Part shown: positions 45,877 through 55,359 of the stretch, piece by piece
Numbering within the stretch: position 1 is the stretch's first letter
Layout of the letters: every line of letters starts with the position of its first letter
Notes under the pieces: generated by a model
What the model was told of the DNA's origin: nothing
Seen by the model: only the letters and a program-made list of their open reading frames with translations
Databases searched by the model: none
Program-made: the position numbers and the translations under genes
Sequence record: MN850615.1
Strand: one strand, 5' to 3'
Origin: Escherichia phage kvi
Length of the DNA stretch: 64,000 bases

Positions 45877-46190
45877 TATCCTAAAATCCTCACCTTGCGA
45901 ACACAGATAGTATTGAGTTCTCGCCGTACCCGTTCTTTTTCATATTCAGGAATTTTATATTCGATACCATCCCGAACAATTTCAGAAGACCGGATTATGC
46001 CAAATTTTCGTTTAGGTACAACCTTGTATTTCGGTTCACCCGCCAATAGACTCTCACAATAATCTATCTGATCACACATTGACGCTAACGCAGCATCATG
46101 TGTTTCGCAAGTTAGGACGCGACCTTTCGCGTCCACTGAGTATTGAAAGAATCCGTCTTTATCACGATAACATACAGCAAATACATGCAT
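45876..46190 (-). CDS. hypothetical protein
   Basis: 104-aa ORF coupled to dda. Confidence 0.45.
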   Translation of the reverse strand: MHVFAVCYRDKDGFFQYSVDAKGRVLTCETHDAALASMCDQIDYCESLLAGEPKYKVVPKRKFGIIRSSEIVRDGIEYKIPEYEKERVRRELNTICVRKVRILG

Positions 46191-46945
46191 TATAAACCTA
46201 CCTTCGCTTTCATCAATTCAATCCACGACGCATCAATCGGAAGCCCGTATTTCACGCGTTCTTTTTGTGCTGGCGTTAAGTTCTCATACTTAGAAAGAGA
46301 TTCAATCAAAACGCTGGTATATTTTAGCACGATTTCGGTATTGTTTGCAATAGCCTTAAGTTTTTCTTCTTTCTTGTTGATTTCGCTAAGGGCTTGCTTG
46401 AGATCTGCAATTTTCTGATAACGTTCTTCCATACGGAAGAGAGTATTTTTAATCGCTCGCTCGGCTGCCTCTGCTTTCTCCGGTTCGTTGTGCTTTTTGT
46501 GGCGCTCGATTGCTAATTTCTTTTCTTCGATTGCCATTTCCTGATTTTTGATGCGATTCTCGTTAAGTTCGATCCACTCGATGTACTTCGCACGTAGGGC
46601 AATTTCATCATCAGAAAGTTTACCGTTAGTTCCTAGTTCCTGGATCTCTTTAAGAGATTCGATAGTGTGATTGCCACGGAAAGAATTGTATTTCAGTTTA
46701 ACCGGAATTACATTGCCATCAACATATCCCAGATTGCAATCAATGCGCTCTAAGGAGAGTCCGTCATCACCTTCACCGAAAGCCTCACCTGAATAGGCAC
46801 AATGAGTCTGGCGGTAAATGTTACGAACAGTGACTAAGCTCATAGAGAAGTCTTTGTTGCGACGTGAAGCACCAGCCATGATAGAGTTCAGCCGGAAAAC
46901 AACCAACGCCAATTCTTCGTTAGATTTAAAAGCAAACAGTTTCAT
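46190..46945 (-). CDS. hypothetical coiled-coil protein (T4 srd position)
   Basis: 251 aa, long charged coiled-coil; identity to Srd not verifiable. Confidence 0.4.
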   Translation of the reverse strand: MKLFAFKSNEELALVVFRLNSIMAGASRRNKDFSMSLVTVRNIYRQTHCAYSGEAFGEGDDGLSLERIDCNLGYVDGNVIPVKLKYNSFRGNHTIESLKEIQELGTNGKLSDDEIALRAKYIEWIELNENRIKNQEMAIEEKKLAIERHKKHNEPEKAEAAERAIKNTLFRMEERYQKIADLKQALSEINKKEEKLKAIANNTEIVLKYTSVLIESLSKYENLTPAQKERVKYGLPIDASWIELMKAKVGL

Positions 46946-46974
46946 AATTGATTCTCCTTAGTTGGCATGTGTGT

Positions 46975-47003
46975 ATTATTGTCTATCTGGTTTGTGCTGT
47001 CAA
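46975..47003 (-). promoter_or_regulatory. sigma70-like early promoter
   Basis: TTGACA N17 AATAAT. Confidence 0.45.
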
Positions 47004-47006
47004 CAC

Positions 47007-47510
47007 TTAAATTAAAGAAAATTTGTAAATCTCTATCAGATCGCCGTTACACGCGTAAACTTCCTCGATCTCATCAAGGATCATGGTCGTCCCTGTCTTG
47101 TATATGCACTCGCGCTCATCTGCCAACATAGCATACAAAGACAGTCGAGTAGTCGGATTGTCATACTCTTTAGACACCACTCGGTCAATAGCATGTTCGT
47201 AATAATTCATGCAAGGCTTGGTAGGTTTTATTGCAATAATCTTTCCTGTTGCATAAACATCGGTCGCAAAGTCCTCTGCTGTTGATTGCAGTGGCGTAAA
47301 GCTCATAGGACGCTCTACAACGAAAGAATCGCCTACAATTAAGGTATCCAGCTTACGACCTTCTCTTTTGCTCACACCGCGATACAAGGCTTCATGATGC
47401 ACTAACCGCTCAGTCTTTTCGATCAATCCATTAAGGATCGACATATCGATATTTTCTTTAGAGTTCATCACTTCATCAATGATGTTAAGTTCTTCTGGTG
47501 TAAATTGCAT
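47007..47510 (-). CDS. putative ADP-ribosyltransferase (ModA/ModB-like)
   Basis: 167 aa; ordered R (LYRG) ... S-x-T (MSFT) ... E-x-E (ADERE) motifs; T4 modA/modB position. Confidence 0.4.
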   Translation of the reverse strand: MQFTPEELNIIDEVMNSKENIDMSILNGLIEKTERLVHHEALYRGVSKREGRKLDTLIVGDSFVVERPMSFTPLQSTAEDFATDVYATGKIIAIKPTKPCMNYYEHAIDRVVSKEYDNPTTRLSLYAMLADERECIYKTGTTMILDEIEEVYACNGDLIEIYKFSLI

Positions 47511-47543
47511 AATAAAAAAGCCTCCAATCTTTCGACGGGAGGC
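47511..47543 (-). terminator. rho-independent terminator
   Basis: GCCTCC-N12-GGAGGC + TTTTTTATT on minus strand. Confidence 0.5.
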
Positions 47544-47579
47544 ATAATAAAACCATTATAGAGTAGTGTCAACTAATTT

Positions 47580-48104
47580 TTAGTAGCCTCGTTCTTGACG
47601 GGCGAAGTTTTCAGCATTTTTCAGATAGTACAGAATAAAGAGTTCTTGAGCGTCAATACCCAGCGGGATCATCTTTGACAGAATGAAGTGGATAGCGTCC
47701 ACAAATTCAAATTTCACTTCAAGCTGATCTTCCGGTGACAGTTCAGAGAATTTACGCGCTCGCGCTTCCCCGTGGTTCTTTTTCCACATTTTCCAGATTG
47801 CACTTGCATCTTTACCATTGGACATTCCACCCAGCGATGTGTAAAGCTCTCGTGTTTCGTCTGCGATAGCGTCATCCATCCGCTGCATCCAATCCAGCAT
47901 TTCACCGCAAGTCTCTAGCTTAGTTGGATTTGGGACCCAATCAAATTTTTCGGATAGTGCAACCTGCAAACCAGTTTGCATTTCGAGCATCACCTGAAAC
48001 GGATCTTTACCTTCTGCAATCGCGTGATGATATGCGGCGATAGCCGCGTTAATATCTTTTTCGTTAACCAGACCAGCACAAGAATTAAATTCTGACATAT
48101 TCAC
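47580..48104 (-). CDS. 56: dCTP/dUTP pyrophosphatase gp56-like (MazG-type)
   Basis: 174 aa; MazG-like EExxE/D helices; position between mod-like gene and primase. Confidence 0.5.
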   Translation of the reverse strand: MNMSEFNSCAGLVNEKDINAAIAAYHHAIAEGKDPFQVMLEMQTGLQVALSEKFDWVPNPTKLETCGEMLDWMQRMDDAIADETRELYTSLGGMSNGKDASAIWKMWKKNHGEARARKFSELSPEDQLEVKFEFVDAIHFILSKMIPLGIDAQELFILYYLKNAENFARQERGY

Positions 48105-48112
48105 CTCATTAA

Positions 48113-49141
48113 TTAAAATTTACAATATTTCATAAACCGCATTTTAGCCATCAGACCTTGTACGGTGTTCTCTTTGATATATTCCATGATCTGGTCGCGT
48201 GTAGCGCCCTCGTCCTGAATCATGGCGTTAACGTCTTTAGAATGCCACGGGCAACGGTCCCACAAAACAATCTTTTCCCCTGCATTGATAAACTTTTCCA
48301 GTCGGTGCATTGTATCGGCAGACCGTGGTTCCGCATCAAGTACAAACACTCGCTGATCAGGGAAAGGAATTTCATCTAATCCCAAAGTACCGCCAGTAAT
48401 TGCACACCCGTTATCAATAAACAATGAATCGATCGGACCTTCTAAGAAATACACTGGTTTACTCGGATCGGCGCGTTCAAGACCATAGACCTTACTCGCT
48501 AACTCATGAGTTTTAATCGTCATATATTTGGTCTTTCCGTAATCCTTTCTCAATGCTCGCCCCTGAATGGATTCTATCTTGTTCTCGCGGTTAAAGATAG
48601 GAATCACTAAACGCGGTTCAGGTTGTGGATTCTTGAAAGTATCAGCCTTAATGTGATTTGCTACCTTTTGCCATTCTCTCGTGAAATACAGAAGATCCCA
48701 TTTATCGTGAGGAATACAGCGATCACTGACATACTTTATTATAGGATGATTAGCCGGAAGAGTATCTAATCTCTCGCAGAAAGGCAATGTTTGCACTTTC
48801 TTAATCTCCGGCTTTTCTACCTTTTTCAGTGGCTTGAACGTGGTGTTCTTGTGGTCGCCTTGTTCCTTCCGTCGTTCTATAAGCCATTCCCTGAATAGGT
48901 CCGGCTTATACTGTTTGAGAAATTCACCTAACGGCTGATTGTAGTTACAGTTGAAACAGCCGCAACGCAAACTATCCTTATAGGTATAGATACGGAATCG
49001 CGCTTGAGTATGATTTTTCTTTGAGTCACCGCAGATCGGACAACTACAGACCAGCGTAAATGAGCTAGTATGCAACCGTTTAAAATTTCGTTCGCCGTAT
49101 ATGGCTTTTTCCGCTATTTCATAATCTGCGTAGTAAATCAT
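48113..49141 (-). CDS. 61: DNA primase gp61
   Basis: 342 aa; N-terminal zinc ribbon (CSCPICGDS...CFNC) and TOPRIM-like C-domain. Confidence 0.85.
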   Translation of the reverse strand: MIYYADYEIAEKAIYGERNFKRLHTSSFTLVCSCPICGDSKKNHTQARFRIYTYKDSLRCGCFNCNYNQPLGEFLKQYKPDLFREWLIERRKEQGDHKNTTFKPLKKVEKPEIKKVQTLPFCERLDTLPANHPIIKYVSDRCIPHDKWDLLYFTREWQKVANHIKADTFKNPQPEPRLVIPIFNRENKIESIQGRALRKDYGKTKYMTIKTHELASKVYGLERADPSKPVYFLEGPIDSLFIDNGCAITGGTLGLDEIPFPDQRVFVLDAEPRSADTMHRLEKFINAGEKIVLWDRCPWHSKDVNAMIQDEGATRDQIMEYIKENTVQGLMAKMRFMKYCKF

Positions 49142-49150
49142 ATTAACCTC

Positions 49151-49354
49151 TTATAGCTCAAATTTCATGAAAGTTCCCACACTTTCATTTTCATTCTCTC
49201 CGTTCTCATCTAAGCCAAATTTGTAGACACTACCATCTGGCGATGTGTAAGAGAATACACGAAAACGGCCTACCGAATCAAGTTCTGTAAATTCATATTC
49301 TTTTCCGGCTTCAAAAAGTGCATATGTGCTTTTAAGACATTTCATCGTAATCAT
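49151..49354 (-). CDS. hypothetical protein
   Basis: 67-aa ORF. Confidence 0.4.
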   Translation of the reverse strand: MITMKCLKSTYALFEAGKEYEFTELDSVGRFRVFSYTSPDGSVYKFGLDENGENENESVGTFMKFEL

Positions 49355-49674
49355 TTAAGCGCCACCGACAACAGAATGAGAACTACACCAACATACATTG
49401 TGATCTCGGATAACTTTTCTGTTTTTGTTTTGTGTCCAGATAATCCGAAAACAACAACACCGACAATAGCGGACAGCAAGCCAACGATAAACATGATGAT
49501 ACTAAGCACCGTCTTTCTCCTTTTTGCGTTTTTCTTTACCCGCTACACTAGGTCCACGATTGGTAATAGATCCGCTCGTTTCCCCTGCTGCGATCTTCTC
49601 AGGATTGCCGCCAGCATCGCCAGCGGTCATATCTTCTTTGAGTTTATTTTCTTCAACAAACTGTTTAAATCCAA

Positions 49675-50052
49675 TCATAGAATAATCTCTTTCAGTAAGT
49701 CAACAATCTGGTCTTTCGTCAGTTTATCCTGATTCTCTACAATCTTGATAACACAAGCATTAACATCTTTTCGAGTCACGCGGGAGATCGTTTTAATACG
49801 ATGAAACGGTTCGTAGAAATATACTGCTTCATTATAGAGCGCAGCAATTTTTCGACGCATTTGATCTTTATCTGACAAGAAAACAAGTGCTGTTTTATGA
49901 CCTTCTACACCCGCCACGTTATATAGTTCAGCAACACCCCAGCGACCTTCCGGTTCAATCATTCCGGCGTGTTTACCGTCGATAAAAATAAGAATATCTC
50001 CGTTGAATGCGGTTTTGAATGCTACATCTTCCGGCGTAATCATATTTTTCAT
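49675..50052 (-). CDS. hypothetical protein
   Basis: 125-aa ORF. Confidence 0.45.
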   Translation of the reverse strand: MKNMITPEDVAFKTAFNGDILIFIDGKHAGMIEPEGRWGVAELYNVAGVEGHKTALVFLSDKDQMRRKIAALYNEAVYFYEPFHRIKTISRVTRKDVNACVIKIVENQDKLTKDQIVDLLKEIIL

Positions 50053-50082
50053 AATATCGTCTCCTTAGAGTTTCATTATAGA

Positions 50083-50718
50083 TCAAGCGAATGTAGAAAG
50101 CAAACGTTTTGTTTCTTTCAGTTGTCGTTCAAGATCTTTGCGTTTCTCTTTAAGTTGCATTTTAGCATTATTTCGCTCTCTTGTAACCTCTTTATCAATG
50201 CTCTTATTCCAGTTATCAATATCAGAATAAGTTGGCATACCCAATTCTAGACCTAATGCGGTTGGATACAGGGTAACAGTCCATAAACCGCTAATCTTCT
50301 TAAATAGGTCGGGGTGTAGTGTACTATCTACATCTTCCGGTGTCAACTCTTTTTCTTCTTTCAGTGGTGGGATCTCGTCATATGGTTCCAGTGCATTTAC
50401 TTTAATATCAGATACCTCATCAAAGAATCCGCGTACATCCGCAGGAAATACACAAGCAATTTCCCAACCGTGATCACGCAGAGAAGTAATATTTTTCACT
50501 CCCCCACCATGTGTGATGATTGATGTGACATTGCCATCAAGGTCCACCGAATTTACGAGAAATGGCTTATCGTCTGTCAGATCATTATAAAACTGTGCTT
50601 CGGCTGTAGTCATCTCCAGAAACAGATCTCGGATCGGACGACCATCAGGTGCGTTACCTTCCTTGAGAGTATAAAAGCGACTTACGATCCATTTTGGCGG
50701 TAAAGCATTAGCGATCAT
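50083..50718 (-). CDS. hypothetical protein (T4 61.2 position)
   Basis: 211-aa ORF between primase and helicase. Confidence 0.45.
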   Translation of the reverse strand: MIANALPPKWIVSRFYTLKEGNAPDGRPIRDLFLEMTTAEAQFYNDLTDDKPFLVNSVDLDGNVTSIITHGGGVKNITSLRDHGWEIACVFPADVRGFFDEVSDIKVNALEPYDEIPPLKEEKELTPEDVDSTLHPDLFKKISGLWTVTLYPTALGLELGMPTYSDIDNWNKSIDKEVTRERNNAKMQLKEKRKDLERQLKETKRLLSTFA

Positions 50719-50768
50719 GTTATATCTCCTATCAAATCATTCACCAGCGCCCCGTAGGGCGCATTTTA

Positions 50769-52181
50769 TTAGAAAGTCATGTTATTTGCTAGCTCGTCGA
50801 GTTTTTCTCGTTTCTCGGCTTGCTGTGCGCTTTGTGGTTTAACTTGTGCATTCTCCTGATCTGCGATCTGGTTTGGGACTTCATACCAACGCTGATTGCC
50901 TTTTTTCACACCAACGTTAAACCGTGAATAATAGTTCTTATCACCGTAACGAGACTTGATCTGCTTCATGAGTTGGACGCCCATTTTAGCCAGGTCTTCG
51001 GTTTCGATAACACCCAACATAAAGTCGGCAGTAGCCGGAAGACCTGCTGATTCAGCGGTATCACTCATGTTAAGGTCGGAAGCATCCCAACCAGCACGGG
51101 TAGTTTGTGCCGCAGTCCAACCAACAACATCCCACTTAACAAAAAATCCGCGAAGTTCTTCCGCAATCGCTTTAACGAGAGTGTAGCTATTCTCAGAGTA
51201 TACACGCAAGCGAGACGATGCGCAAATCCCCAGATAGTCAACAATCACAACATCAGGTTTAAACTGTTTCTTGAGTCGCAATTCATTCATTAACGCCTCA
51301 AAGTGATTGGAGTTCGCGCCACCAGTCGGATACTGCTTGATCATCAATTTTCCAACCGGACGATCTCCGATCTTCTTATTCTTAACACGCTTCATACGTG
51401 CGGAATATTCCGCAAAAGAAACATTACCATTATCCAATTCATCTAATGTAATGTCAAGCAAGTTTGCGTCGATACGTTTGGCTACGACATGCTCTGCCAT
51501 CTCCATTGAGATATACAATACATCATAACCACATTCCATATAATCCGCAGCAAGAGAACATAATCCAAGCGATTTACCAACATTTACACCAGCAAGCAAC
51601 ACATTTAGCGTTTTTCTTTCCGCACCTCCTTTCGTGATTTTATTCAACATCGGCAGCTTAAACGGGATCTTATTCGCCTTAGTCTGATATAGCAAGAATC
51701 GTTTTTCAAAGTCATTAAACCAGTCATGACCTACATCAGAATCAAACGTAATGGATAGTGCTTCCTGCATGATCTCAGGAATAGCACCCTCACTCGGCAA
51801 TTTCTTATTCTGTTTCTCTTTTGGTAGTTGTGCGTTCGCCTGAATCTCTAGCGCCCGTGACATTGCATTATACATGGCACGGTCACGAATAAATTTTTCG
51901 GTTTCCTTCATTAACCAATCAAGGTCTTCCGGTGTATTCTCAAGCGAATCAAGAAGAGTTTTAGCCCCTTCATATGTTGTCTGATTGCCTCTCTCCTTGT
52001 CTAAAGCAATCTGTAATGCAGTTGGCGTAGGAATGTTGGAATATTCGTCTACGTGCTTTTTAATCAGCTTATAAATCAGTTTTTCTTCGTCTTCGGTGAA
52101 GTAGTCCGCTTTAAGGTGAGGCCATACATTCGTAAAGAATGCGCCATTGTAAATCAACTGTGAAAAGATAGTTTTAATCAT
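50769..52181 (-). CDS. 41: replicative DNA helicase gp41 (DnaB-like)
   Basis: 470 aa; Walker A GVNVGKS, DnaB-family C-terminal RecA-like domain. Confidence 0.9.
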   Translation of the reverse strand: MIKTIFSQLIYNGAFFTNVWPHLKADYFTEDEEKLIYKLIKKHVDEYSNIPTPTALQIALDKERGNQTTYEGAKTLLDSLENTPEDLDWLMKETEKFIRDRAMYNAMSRALEIQANAQLPKEKQNKKLPSEGAIPEIMQEALSITFDSDVGHDWFNDFEKRFLLYQTKANKIPFKLPMLNKITKGGAERKTLNVLLAGVNVGKSLGLCSLAADYMECGYDVLYISMEMAEHVVAKRIDANLLDITLDELDNGNVSFAEYSARMKRVKNKKIGDRPVGKLMIKQYPTGGANSNHFEALMNELRLKKQFKPDVVIVDYLGICASSRLRVYSENSYTLVKAIAEELRGFFVKWDVVGWTAAQTTRAGWDASDLNMSDTAESAGLPATADFMLGVIETEDLAKMGVQLMKQIKSRYGDKNYYSRFNVGVKKGNQRWYEVPNQIADQENAQVKPQSAQQAEKREKLDELANNMTF

Positions 52182-52495
52182 ACATAGCCCCCAACTACAC
52201 GCATAACAAAGGTCTTGAGTTTATACCAGAAAGTTTCTTTTTTCAACTTTTCTTCTGCTTCTTTGATCTGCGCGGTTAACGCCTTAATGACGTGTGGATA
52301 TACCACATCACGATCTGACGGCGTGGAGTAGTCGACCACAATACCTTTAGTGTCTGGATCGTATTCAACATTATGAATATAGACAATATGATGTTCTCCC
52401 TCTTCATCAACAATTATCAGTTCCTGAATAACTGTCTTCATTGCTTCTTGAATCAAGCCGTGTGCTTCTTCTAAACTTGTTGGTTTCTTATCCAT
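52178..52495 (-). CDS. 40: gp40-like membrane-associated protein
   Basis: 105 aa; position between uvsX and 41; hydrophobic C-terminus. Confidence 0.4.
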   Translation of the reverse strand: MDKKPTSLEEAHGLIQEAMKTVIQELIIVDEEGEHHIVYIHNVEYDPDTKGIVVDYSTPSDRDVVYPHVIKALTAQIKEAEEKLKKETFWYKLKTFVMRVVGGYV

Positions 52496-52514
52496 AATAT
52501 AATCCTCTCTAGAT

Positions 52515-52538
52515 ATGAAAAAGGGGCACGTAGCCCCT
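52515..52538 (-). terminator. rho-independent terminator after uvsX
   Basis: AGGGGC-TACGT-GCCCCT + TTTTTCA on minus strand. Confidence 0.5.
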
Positions 52539-52550
52539 TTACTACCATTG

Positions 52551-53621
52551 TTATGCTAACATATCTTCGATTTCTTTGTCAACTGCTTCGTCGCTGATCA
52601 CTTGCCCCAGCTTATAATGATCGTTGATTGCTTCGTTAAACTTATCGTTTGTCAGAAGTGGTTTCCAGAACTCAATGCTATTGGTTTCTTTAGCACGGAA
52701 CTTGCGTTCTTCGGTTTCCATCTCTCCGGTCTCGGTATTTAGGATTGAACGAGAATACCAGCCGTTTGACGGTTTCACTACCCAGCCTAACTCTACAGCC
52801 AATTCCAGCAACCCGGAATAAGGATCGATACCACCGCTAAATGTTACGCTAATCGGGAACTTAGATTTTTCTTTAACGGTTCGTGATTTTTCCGCATTCA
52901 GGATAAAATCATAACCAGTAATTTCGGTTCCTTCTTTCTGCTGACGACGACCAATAATGAAAACTTCATTGGCTGAATACATCGCGCCCGTACCGCCGGA
53001 CATAACGGTCTTACTAAACATTTCTTGCGTTTCGTAAGTGTGGTTAATAGCGATGCACGGGATATCATTCATAGTCAGATACGGCGTAACCATACGGAAC
53101 AAGCCTTTAAGTGCTTTAGCTCGCGTCATATCCTGCGCTGATTTCTCATTAATCGCGTCTTCAACTTCTTTTTTGCTTGCTAAGTTACCGATTGAGTCAA
53201 TAAAGATGATCACTTTATCTTCACGGGTAATTTGCTCAAGCTGGTTCATGATTTCAAATTTCAGTTCTTCGATGTTCTTGATTGGAACATGCACCACGCG
53301 ATCAGGATCTACACCCATAGATTCAAGATAAGCGGACGTAATACCAAACTCAGAATCAAAGAACAAGCACGCCGCATCAGGATTCTGTTTCATGTATGCA
53401 CTAACGCAAGTTAATCCCATGTTTGATTTAAAGTGCTTAGACGGACCAGCAAAGAAAATCAGACCAGATTGAAAGCCTTTTTTAAGATCACCTGAAAACG
53501 CAATATTCAGCATCGGGATCTTAGTGCGAGTATTTGTTTTTTCGTTAAAGAAGCTGGATTTAGACAGTACCGCAGTAGTTTTCAGGGTAGAGTTCTTTTT
53601 CAGTTTTTCCAGTACAGACAT
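52551..53621 (-). CDS. uvsX: UvsX recombinase (RecA/Rad51 family)
   Basis: 356 aa; Walker A GPSKHFKSN, RecA-fold motifs. Confidence 0.9.
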   Translation of the reverse strand: MSVLEKLKKNSTLKTTAVLSKSSFFNEKTNTRTKIPMLNIAFSGDLKKGFQSGLIFFAGPSKHFKSNMGLTCVSAYMKQNPDAACLFFDSEFGITSAYLESMGVDPDRVVHVPIKNIEELKFEIMNQLEQITREDKVIIFIDSIGNLASKKEVEDAINEKSAQDMTRAKALKGLFRMVTPYLTMNDIPCIAINHTYETQEMFSKTVMSGGTGAMYSANEVFIIGRRQQKEGTEITGYDFILNAEKSRTVKEKSKFPISVTFSGGIDPYSGLLELAVELGWVVKPSNGWYSRSILNTETGEMETEERKFRAKETNSIEFWKPLLTNDKFNEAINDHYKLGQVISDEAVDKEIEDMLA

Positions 53622-53632
53622 TATTAATACCT

Positions 53633-53860
53633 CTATTCAGTTAATCCGTAATACTTTAATTGCTTCATTGTTATTCGATCTTTGTAGTGCTCTTGAATTA
53701 ACTTTTTCATCGCATCAACATCGATCGTCACAAATACTTCGTTGCTGTGATTTCCGTGAACTTTCTTGAAATGCTCTATGCCTTCCTCACGTTCACGTTT
53801 AATCTTTTCAATGTCTCTCATCGTATATTTCTCACGTTGGCGGGTATCGTCACCCAACAC
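53633..53860 (-). CDS. hypothetical protein
   Basis: 75-aa ORF, the only gene between 43 and uvsX. Confidence 0.4.
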   Translation of the reverse strand: MLGDDTRQREKYTMRDIEKIKREREEGIEHFKKVHGNHSNEVFVTIDVDAMKKLIQEHYKDRITMKQLKYYGLTE

Positions 53861-53882
53861 CCGCCATTATACACACTTTATC

Positions 53883-55359
53883 TTAAATGTCAAACAGGTC
53901 AGTCAGAGAAGCAACTTTCTCATATTGCAGCTTTGCAGCCGTGGTAATGTTCTCCAGTGGTTTGACGAAAGTCTTATTAAACAACAAAGGCCAGTCTAAC
54001 CACTTTAACACCTCTGATTCAATTTCTGGAGGAATACGAGTACCGGACAACCAACCAAAACAGATTTCTCCAAACGGATTTCGATCTTTCAGCGGTACAA
54101 TCATAACCTTCTCGCCCTCACGAATTGGATCTAGTCCGAATTTTCGAGCATTACGATTATAACACAATACACTCTTAACCGCATACGGACAACCCTTAAT
54201 CGGATACCCGTTTGAATCGCTGTATTTCTGTAGGTTGTTTGCAGATGATACCGCAGCAACCTCAAGATAATCAAGTTTTCTAAATTCTTGCTCAAAAATA
54301 CCGTAGTATTCCTGCAATGACTCTTCACCTTCCTGCAACATACGGCGAATACATTCTTTCAGTGATTTCTGACATGCTTTAGGGGTGGAGCTACGTTGCG
54401 TTTCCAAGCCCATGATTTTTAGCTTAGGTTCAGCAAAGCGCGTTCCTTCCATATCCCAAACATTAAGAGCATAACGCTTTTTGCCAGTCCAGAATCCACC
54501 GATACCCGCAGATTTCAACGGAGGACCAGCAATTGCCTCACGGTCCATAAACATCAAGTGCTCATAGTTGTTCATGTACTCGCATAACTCGCGATATCCC
54601 TTGTCGATAATAGGTTCCATTCGATGTTTACCGAAATTATCAAGGAAGTCAACAAGTTTTTCGGTATCGTCGAAACGGTCTTCCCCGCCAACCTTATCAA
54701 CAACATTGTTAACCAGCACATAAACGGAGTCAGTATCACAATAACGAACATATGCAAAATCGGTTGTTCCGCAAAGCTCGTTTAAGTATTCGTTAATCTT
54801 ACGCTCAATCCACTGAATTGCAAGCTGACCAAACAAGGTGATCGCACTAGCGTTACGGAGATCATAAAAACGGAATTTAGGATTCCCCAACGCACCATAA
54901 AGGGAGTTGATCAAAACTTTTCGAGAAAGCTGGTTTGTATTGCACAAGATCGACTCGTCTTTACATTCTTCCAGCAATTTCTCTAAGGCATCTTTACTTA
55001 ATTCAGAAAGCATCGATTTAAACGCTTCATCAAAGTCGTGACGTACTTCAACGCTATAGCTAATGGTTCCCCCATAAACATGATTTTCATCGTGTAGAAT
55101 CGCTTTACAGAGTTCAGCATTGCGATCACATGCCAACATCATGTTTTTGTACTGCTTACGCTGATCGAATACCTTTTTAATCTCAATCGGTACGATACCG
55201 TGAATATCTTTTCTATACATCCATCCGTTAGGAGAGCAAGAATACTCATCACTCGGACGTGGTGCAGTTTTATTGATATACTCGTGCATCGGTGCAGCAT
55301 CAAAAGATCCGGCGATTGTTTCCGGCGAAATGTTAACCTGACGGATGATTGATGGATAC
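53883..55359 (-). CDS. 43: DNA polymerase gp43, exon 2 (polymerase domain)
   Basis: frame open from 55358 (YPSIIRQVN...) with TAA just upstream; family-B motifs KILINSLYGALG and YCDTDS. Confidence 0.85.

Noticed and set aside
47544-47570. Promoter-like TTGACA-N17-TATTAT immediately upstream of the terminator hairpin at 47511-47543
   Set aside because: The -10 abuts the terminator stem so any transcript would begin inside the terminator; kept only as a note, not a feature.
49376-49732. 118-aa plus-strand ORF between 61-proximal genes
   Set aside because: Antisense to two short minus-strand sORFs (a 57-aa charged peptide and a ~47-aa two-TM peptide) that fit the local gene orientation; none reported as features because evidence is weak.
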